Shown one piece after another: positions 7,338 through 12,528 of a DNA stretch of 12,528 nucleotides; position 1 is the stretch's first letter, and every line of letters starts with the position of its first letter. Location of the stretch: NCBI GenBank assembly GCA_045106895.1, contig JBGCFM010000259.1:1-12528 (forward strand), given 5' to 3'. Under the pieces are notes generated by a model. The model was not told the DNA's origin, ran no database searches, and saw only the letters and a list, made by a program, of their open reading frames with translations. Source of the DNA: Polyangiales bacterium (lineage in GTDB: Bacteria > Myxococcota_A > Polyangia > Polyangiales > Houyiibacteriaceae). The position numbers and the translations under genes were made by a program.

Positions 7338-8387
7338 ATGATTCGCCTGCTTACAATCCTAGCTCTCCTCACCGCTTGCGGAGATGACGACGGCCCCATG
7401 CTCATGGACTCTGGCCCTGGCTTCGACGGCGGGCCGGGCTTCGATGGGGGTCCAACGCCCGACGTCGGACTCGGCGACATGGACGCTGGACCCGGTTTTG
7501 ACGCCGGCCCGCCGAGCGGCTTTGTCGACCCGGCGTGCACCGACGGCATGTACACGGAGACGCTCCCGAACCCGGCGGCGGACATCAGCGATATCACCTT
7601 CGATGGCGACATCGGTGCGTTCGTCGACGGCATTCTCGACCGTCGCTACCCCGTCGGCGCGGCGCTGGTTCGCGGAGGGCGAATGAACATGAGCTTCAGC
7701 CAGGACTGCGATGTGCTCTTCGCTGGAACTCCCCGTACCGGTGACGATATCCACCGAAGTCTGAACACCATCGTTCACGAGTGTGGCCACATCTATGACT
7801 TCTTTCTGTCGTCGGGGTCCAGCTCCACTTACTACATCACGGAAGAGCTGTCTCTCACCTGTCAGCGCGGCGATACGACGTCCCGCGGCGGCGACACCTT
7901 CGAGCGTTCGCTTCTCACCAGTGACTCTTTCCAGCCGGCAAGGCCACCGGGCAACGGCCGCGGACTCGACAGCTACGCCGACGTCTACCTCATCGGCCGA
8001 GGCTCCGAGCAGGGCTTCAGCATTCTCTTCGAAGAAGCCGTCCAGTACGTGAACTCTCTGGCTACGGAGTTCGCCTTCGCCGACCAGATGCCTCCGGGCC
8101 AGAGCACAAGCGCACGCGACGGCATCCTGACCTTCACCTGGTACGTCTTGCGCTACCTCAAGATCGCTCGCGAGGAGTACCCCTCGGCCTACGCTCGCAT
8201 CACGAACGATTGCTGGCGCGACGCGATTCTTCAGTGGTGGGGGCGCACCTGGCTCTACCTCGAAACCACCGAAGGCATGCCCTCCCTCGGCATCGACGAC
8301 GAAGCGCTCTACGATCTCGCCACGGACCCGGTGCTTCTGGCTGAGATTCAGCGACTCCGCGAGCTTGAAGGCTGCGCAGCACGCTAA
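7338..8387 (+). CDS. Predicted lipoprotein, putative zinc metallopeptidase (HExxH), 349 aa
   Basis: MIRLLTILALLTAC lipobox, DxGP linker, NTIVHECGHIYD (HECGH at 7776-7790), and a candidate third ligand in LFEEAVQY. Confidence 0.85.
   Translation: MIRLLTILALLTACGDDDGPMLMDSGPGFDGGPGFDGGPTPDVGLGDMDAGPGFDAGPPSGFVDPACTDGMYTETLPNPAADISDITFDGDIGAFVDGILDRRYPVGAALVRGGRMNMSFSQDCDVLFAGTPRTGDDIHRSLNTIVHECGHIYDFFLSSGSSSTYYITEELSLTCQRGDTTSRGGDTFERSLLTSDSFQPARPPGNGRGLDSYADVYLIGRGSEQGFSILFEEAVQYVNSLATEFAFADQMPPGQSTSARDGILTFTWYVLRYLKIAREEYPSAYARITNDCWRDAILQWWGRTWLYLETTEGMPSLGIDDEALYDLATDPVLLAEIQRLRELEGCAAR
7407..7511 (+). repeat. Degenerate 18-nt repeats encoding a D[SGA]GPGF linker
   Basis: gactctggccctggcttc, gacggcgggccgggcttc, gatgggggtccaacgccc, and later gacgctggacccggtttt and gacgccggcccg. 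Confidence 0.8.
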
Positions 8388-8425
8388 GGCGTTGATAAAG
8401 GCCTGCGCGCGGAGCGAAGGGACTT

Positions 8426-8431
8426 TATAGT
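8426..8431 (+). promoter_or_regulatory. -10 element TATAGT, leaderless nadA
   Basis: TATAGT-cccgcc-ATG8438. This is a near-consensus hexamer in high-GC DNA, with no SD at normal spacing. Confidence 0.65.
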
Positions 8432-8437
8432 CCCGCC

Positions 8438-9877
8438 ATGGACGCGTTCCCTTCCCTCCGCATCACCAAAGACAAGCTCATCCCGGAGGGGTCCTTCGCG
8501 GAGTCCCAAGCCGCCTACCTAGAGCCAGACCGCGACTACGTGGCCAAGCTCGATGCGATCTTGCGCGAGAAGAAGATCGGCATCGTCGCCCACTACTACA
8601 TGGACCCCGAACTTCAGGGTGTCCTCGCGGGATGCACTTGGGAGCACGTCGGCGTGAGCGATTCGTTGCTCATGGCCGACCGCGGCATCGCGATGGCCGA
8701 AGCCGGATGCGAGTCCATCGTCGTCCTTGGCGTCGACTTCATGAGCGAGAACGCCCGCGCGATTTTGGATGCCGCCGGCCACAAGGAGACCCCGGTCTAC
8801 CGCGTAGCTGAGAAGGAGATCGGCTGCAGCCTCGCGGAGTCCGCCGAAGCGAAAGCTTACGGCGCATTCTTGGCCGAAGGCGCCAAGGACAAAAACCCGC
8901 TCCACGTCGTGTACATCAACACCAGCTTGGTCACGAAGGCGAAGTCCCACGCGATCATTCCGACGATCACGTGCACCTCGTCCAACGTGGTTCAGACGGT
9001 GCTTCAGGCGGCGGCGCAGATCGAAGACGTCAGCATCTACTTTGGTCCAGACACGTACATGGGCGAGAACCTCGCGAGCATGCTCGAATCTCTCGCGCTC
9101 ATGAGCGACGAGGAGATCGCCGCGGTTCACCCCGAGCACAACCAGGCGAGCATCAAGTCCCTGCGCGAGCGCTTTCACTACTTCGAGCAAGGCAACTGCG
9201 TGGTTCACCACATGTTCGGCGCCGATGTCGTCACGCGCGTCGAAGAGAGCTACAAGGACGCCTTCGTCGCGGCGCATCTCGAGGTCCCGGGAGAGATGTT
9301 CGCCCTCGGCCTGGAACGAAAGAAGAGCGATGCCGGAGTCGTCGGAAGCACAGCCGACATCCTCGCGTTCATTCTGCGGAAGACCGGCGAGTCCATCGCC
9401 GCGAACTCGAAGACGAACATTCAGTTCATCCTCGGGACCGAGGCGGGAATGATCACGCCCATCGTTTGGAAGGTGCAGGAGCTTCTGCGCCAGGCAGAAG
9501 CGGGGAGTTCTGAAGCACAGTTCAGCGTGGACATCGTCTTCCCGGTAGCCTCCGACGCCGTCGCCGCCACGAGCGATGCCTCGTTGCCCATCGTCCCAGG
9601 CGTGACCGGCGGAGAAGGCTGCACGACCGCTGGCGGCTGCGCGACGTGTCCTTACATGAAGATGAACTCCCTCGATGCGCTGATGAAGGTCTGCGAGACC
9701 ATCGGAGACAGCGCCGCTCTTGAAGGTTACGAGCCCCGCAAATACACCGAGATGATCGCGGGTCGAACCGCAGCGGAGCTAGGAGGCGAACCGATCCTTC
9801 ATATGCGCGCTTTGCAGCACGGCCGAAAGATCGGCGCCGAACTCGAGTCGGACATTCGCGCCCGCAGCGGCCGCTAG
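8438..9877 (+). CDS. nadA: Quinolinate synthase (4Fe-4S), long plant-like subtype, 479 aa
   Basis: AHYY, SDSL, GVDFMSE, GCSLA, VVYINTS, CTSSN, GPDTYMGEN, CVVH, AHLE, GST, GTE and CPYMK. The three cluster cysteines (GCSLA, CVVH, CPYM) are present. Confidence 0.95.
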   Translation: MDAFPSLRITKDKLIPEGSFAESQAAYLEPDRDYVAKLDAILREKKIGIVAHYYMDPELQGVLAGCTWEHVGVSDSLLMADRGIAMAEAGCESIVVLGVDFMSENARAILDAAGHKETPVYRVAEKEIGCSLAESAEAKAYGAFLAEGAKDKNPLHVVYINTSLVTKAKSHAIIPTITCTSSNVVQTVLQAAAQIEDVSIYFGPDTYMGENLASMLESLALMSDEEIAAVHPEHNQASIKSLRERFHYFEQGNCVVHHMFGADVVTRVEESYKDAFVAAHLEVPGEMFALGLERKKSDAGVVGSTADILAFILRKTGESIAANSKTNIQFILGTEAGMITPIVWKVQELLRQAEAGSSEAQFSVDIVFPVASDAVAATSDASLPIVPGVTGGEGCTTAGGCATCPYMKMNSLDALMKVCETIGDSAALEGYEPRKYTEMIAGRTAAELGGEPILHMRALQHGRKIGAELESDIRARSGR

Positions 9878-9890
9878 GGCGCTGACCCGG

Positions 9891-10397
9891 CTATTGGCTC
9901 GTGAGCACTTCTTGCAGTCGCCGGCGGTCTTCTTCGGGGATCGCCTCGGCGACGACACTGCACTCGGAGACGTGCTCCGTCGCGTATGAAGGCACCAGGC
10001 ACTGCTGAGCCGCTTGCGGAAGACGCTCGCAGACCGCGATGAAGGCGCGCTGTGGCGGAACGGGCCTCGTGTCTTCGGGGTATTGCGCAGCGACGCGCGC
10101 GATCATGGCGGCCATGCCCTCAAAAGCTGACTCACAATAGGTGGAGCCGGTTTCCGCGAGCGTCGCAGCCTCGATGGCGTCGACGACGGTGTCTTCGAGG
10201 TCCTCGGCGGCGGCTTCAAGCTCTTCGGGAGTCGGAGGCTCGGGCTCGTGCGGAGCCTCTCCCTCCGTTGGTACACTCGCTTCCTCTTCTGCCGCCTCAG
10301 CAGGGGCCTCTGTCGGTTCGGGGTGATGGCCCACGGAATTGCCATCGCAAGCGAAGAGAAGCAGGAGCGCGAAGTTAAGCCACAGATAAGCTCGCAT
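9891..10397 (-). CDS. Predicted lipoprotein (168 aa) with an acidic Glu/Pro/Ala linker and a four-Cys helical C-terminal domain
   Basis: MRAYLWLNFALLLLFAC lipobox, and YCESAF...VCERLPQAAQQCLVP...SEC. ATG10397 is preferred over TTG10400. Confidence 0.85.
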   Translation of the reverse strand: MRAYLWLNFALLLLFACDGNSVGHHPEPTEAPAEAAEEEASVPTEGEAPHEPEPPTPEELEAAAEDLEDTVVDAIEAATLAETGSTYCESAFEGMAAMIARVAAQYPEDTRPVPPQRAFIAVCERLPQAAQQCLVPSYATEHVSECSVVAEAIPEEDRRRLQEVLTSQ

Positions 10398-10403
10398 CAA
10401 TTA

Positions 10404-10412
10404 GGCGTATCA
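10404..10412 (-). promoter_or_regulatory. Putative extended -10 (TG-a-TACGCC), 6 nt before ATG10397
   Basis: The minus strand reads gTGaTACGCCtaattgATG. The last position of the hexamer is non-consensus. Confidence 0.4.
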
Positions 10413-10464
10413 CTTCCCAGTCGATGCCCACAAATAGGGCGCAAAGTGGTGTAATAGACGAGGG

Positions 10465-10479
10465 CTATAGGACCTATAG
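10465..10479. promoter_or_regulatory. Perfect 7-1-7 palindrome in the divergent intergenic region; candidate operator
   Basis: CTATAGG-A-CCTATAG, which also reads as a direct repeat CTATAGGA x2 (10465-10472, 10474-10481). Confidence 0.5.
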
Positions 10480-10515
10480 GAGGTCTGCAAACTGGGCTTC
10501 CCAAGCGTCGTTGGC

Positions 10516-10521
10516 TATGAT
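10516..10521 (+). promoter_or_regulatory. -10 element TATGAT, leaderless start at ATG10528
   Basis: TATGAT-gtgcgc-ATG. Confidence 0.6.
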
Positions 10522-10527
10522 GTGCGC

Positions 10528-11370
10528 ATGCGTTCCTTATCCTTCGCTCTGCTTCTGGTGATGCTTGCAGCCAGTTCAGGCCTCGCCCAAGAAGAAGCCG
10601 CCCCCGACAACTACGACCCCCGTGGTCCTGCGGCGATGCGAACGCAAGAGATGGATGAGGGCCAAGCCCAATCTCGGTTTCGAATCGCGACAGCATTCTA
10701 CGAAGAAGGGCGCTTTCTCGAAGCTGCTCGTGAGTTCGAAGCGGCCTACGAGCTGTCCCGACTCGCTTCACTGAAGTTCAACGCCTACCTTGCATTCCGC
10801 GATGCTGGCCGTCTTGCTGATGCCGTTCGGTGCCTGTCGACGTACCTTGAAGAGGCCCCGGATGCGGCTGAACATGAGCGACTCAGCGGTCGACTCGCTG
10901 CCATGCGGCGAACTCTAGCCGAGAACAACGCCGAAAATGACGCCGCGCGCGTTGAGCGCGAACGCCTTGAAAGGGAAGCTGCGTTGGAGCGAGAGCGGGC
11001 GAACGCTGCGGTCCAGGCCACGACCCGGATCAATCCGACAGGCTATGTGGTTGGCGCTCTCGGCGTTGCCATGGTCCTTGCGGGAGGCGGCGTGGGGCTC
11101 CTCGCCAACAGTCGCTATGACGCGCTTACCGCAGACTGCCCGTCTGGCTTCTGTAACCGCAGCATCGACATCGACGAGCGGCAAGGCTCGCTTCTTCGCG
11201 CGCAGCGGGCCACCGACGCGTTGCTCTACGGCGGCGCTGCCGTCACCGTTACGGGTATCATTCTCATTCTCGTCCTGCCTGATGTCACCGCAGCAGATGA
11301 CGTGGCGCTACGCCCGAACGCAGCTTGCGGTGCCAATGGTTGTGAACTTTCGCTTGGAGGGTCGTTCTGA
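10528..11370 (+). CDS. Secreted TPR protein with a coiled coil, two Gly-rich hydrophobic segments and a C-terminal beta-hairpin ending in Phe (280 aa)
   Basis: Sec signal ...ASSGLA/QEE. TPR motifs AFYEEGRFLEAAREFEAAY and FNAYLAFRDAGRLADAVRCLSTYLEEAP. ERERLEREAALERE coil. Hydrophobic GYVVGALGVAMVLAGGGVGLLA and ALLYGGAAVTVTGIILILVL. Ends ACGANGCELSLGGSF. Confidence 0.9.
   Translation: MRSLSFALLLVMLAASSGLAQEEAAPDNYDPRGPAAMRTQEMDEGQAQSRFRIATAFYEEGRFLEAAREFEAAYELSRLASLKFNAYLAFRDAGRLADAVRCLSTYLEEAPDAAEHERLSGRLAAMRRTLAENNAENDAARVERERLEREAALERERANAAVQATTRINPTGYVVGALGVAMVLAGGGVGLLANSRYDALTADCPSGFCNRSIDIDERQGSLLRAQRATDALLYGGAAVTVTGIILILVLPDVTAADDVALRPNAACGANGCELSLGGSF
11356..11360 (+). promoter_or_regulatory. 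Shine-Dalgarno (GGAGG) for the coupled downstream gene
   Basis: GGAGG lies 9 nt before ATG11370, and the stop and start overlap as TGATG. Confidence 0.6.
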
Positions 11371-12302
11371 TGCTGCGAACACTTGTAGTCGTTTCGTCTA
11401 TCGTCATGGGGGGATGTCTTGCCATCCGAGATGCGGAGGACTTCCAGGAAGATCCGGCTTGCGACCTCGACCTGCCTCTTCGCAACTATGTTCTTCATGC
11501 ACCGCTACCCGTCACGACGGAGCGTGCCAACCGGCAGCTTTTCGTGATTCGTATGATCCGAGAAATCGGGGCTGTCCCCGTCCGTGAAGCGGTGGCCGTC
11601 TTTGATCCTTTGCCGGCTCCCGATGTTGACCTGTTCTTGCCTAGAGTGGGTGTTCCTGCGTTGGAGGAGGACGAAAGCCCCCTACGGTTGGAGTTCTTTG
11701 CCGACCTCAACCGCAATGGCATGTTGGATGAGCCTGACTTGGACCACAGTTGGATCGAACCCCATCTGTGTTCAGCCAGCGGGATCCCATTCGTCCACAA
11801 CACGGACTTCTTGGAGCTCGAAGAGGCCCGCGCGCTCCCGCTCACCCTTCGTGTGGTGGCCGAGCCTGGTGAAGAAAACGAGTGGCGCCACACCGTCGAA
11901 GTTCGGATTGCGCGAGCGACCCCTGTGGCCGGCGTGGAGAACGTTACTCGCGCGTTCTACCGACGTGCACGCTGGGACTTTCAGCGCGACAGCATCGGCG
12001 GGGAAGCGATCCCGTCGGAAGCAGATCAGGCAGCAATCGTGATGCCGGGCGTTCTGAGCGACGCCGAAAACGTATTTGTGACGGTCTTCATCGACCGAAA
12101 CGATGACGGCAATGTCGACGCAGGCGAAGACTTCGTCTTCGAGCAGACGCTTGAGCCAACGGGGAACTGTCCGCGGGGCCCGGATCTCTGCAGGACGAAC
12201 ACGAACGGGGAGCTGGAGATTCGCGTGCCCCTGCTGAATATGGACGGCACGCCACGCACGAATGACATCATCCTCGAGCGCTGGTGGAATTTGCCCGAGT
12301 AG
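11370..12302 (+). CDS. Predicted lipoprotein (310 aa) with two Dx[DN]x[DN]G calcium-binding-type loops; probable internal duplication
   Basis: MLRTLVVVSSIVMGGC lipobox-like signal. LEFFADLNRNGMLDEPD and VTVFIDRNDDGNVDAGED. Confidence 0.85.
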   Translation: MLRTLVVVSSIVMGGCLAIRDAEDFQEDPACDLDLPLRNYVLHAPLPVTTERANRQLFVIRMIREIGAVPVREAVAVFDPLPAPDVDLFLPRVGVPALEEDESPLRLEFFADLNRNGMLDEPDLDHSWIEPHLCSASGIPFVHNTDFLELEEARALPLTLRVVAEPGEENEWRHTVEVRIARATPVAGVENVTRAFYRRARWDFQRDSIGGEAIPSEADQAAIVMPGVLSDAENVFVTVFIDRNDDGNVDAGEDFVFEQTLEPTGNCPRGPDLCRTNTNGELEIRVPLLNMDGTPRTNDIILERWWNLPE

Positions 12303-12528
12303 TCAGAGCCGAACGCGGGCGACTTTGACTTCGCTCACGCCGGGGAGCGCCTCAAACTGAGGCTGCAGCACCTTGGCGTCGCCCACAGCGACGATGCTGA
12401 GGTTGTCTGCACTAAATCGTCGCCTCACCGCGTCTGTGATGTTCGCGCGTTTGACGGCGCGAACGCGCCCCGGAAAGCCGCGTGGGAACTTCGCGTCTCG
12501 TCCGACGAACACGGCGTCGAGGGCGAGC
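12303..12528 (-). CDS. C-terminal fragment of a probable M16 (insulinase/pitrilysin) family peptidase; runs off the window
   Basis: The frame is open to the window edge. FPGRVRAVKRANITDAVRRRFSADNLSIVAVGD matches the typical M16 C-terminal pattern. The catalytic motif is not visible. Confidence 0.75.
   Translation of the reverse strand, partial: LALDAVFVGRDAKFPRGFPGRVRAVKRANITDAVRRRFSADNLSIVAVGDAKVLQPQFEALPGVSEVKVARVRL

Noticed and set aside
8519..9277. Long antisense and alternate-frame ORFs (e.g. 8519-9277, 2564-3145, 5230-5817, 436-999, 10937-11587, 4587-5033)
   Set aside because: Shadow ORFs expected from stop-codon scarcity in high-GC coding DNA; Arg/Ala/Ser-rich with no motifs.
2555..9877. 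Functional link between gshB and nadA (glutathione and Fe-S redox)
   Set aside because: They are 5 kb apart with unrelated genes between and separate putative promoters; nothing in the sequence supports a shared system.
10416..10496. GGGCGCAAAG plus flanking CCCAGT/ACTGGG suggested a c-di-GMP-I riboswitch
   Set aside because: Lacks the upstream GGCAAAC/GNRA stem and the tetraloop receptor. The downstream gene also looks leaderless.

Overview
High-GC, gene-dense chromosomal window. The Pro/Asp/Gly-rich lipoprotein linkers, the TPR protein ending in ...LGGSF and the long NadA suggest Myxococcota (Polyangia-like); this taxonomy is inferred. Recognisable genes are gshB (2555-3493), a YdeI/OmpD-associated protein (3509-4087), a long plant-like quinolinate synthase nadA (8438-9877) and the C-terminal end of a probable M16 peptidase (12303-end). 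The rest is mostly uncharacterised envelope genes: five predicted lipoproteins (including a beta-propeller, an HExxH metallopeptidase candidate and a double Dx[DN]xDG protein) and one Sec-exported TPR protein. Between gshB and the propeller gene is a small accessory-looking patch: ydeI, a 5'-truncated pentapeptide-repeat gene overlapping the ydeI start, and two coupled orphan ORFs. The most notable patterns are four. (1) Most first-in-unit genes have a TA-initiated -10-like hexamer 6-7 nt before the ATG and no Shine-Dalgarno, which points to leaderless transcription. (2) A translationally coupled TPR/C-terminal beta-hairpin-Phe gene plus lipoprotein gene could be a dedicated outer-membrane display or export module. 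(3) An identical 9-mer sits exactly 26 nt before the ATG of two adjacent lipoprotein genes. (4) The ydeI start codon appears to come from the antisense strand of a broken pentapeptide gene. No rRNA, tRNA, CRISPR array or transposase was seen. All family calls come from motif recognition, without database searches.
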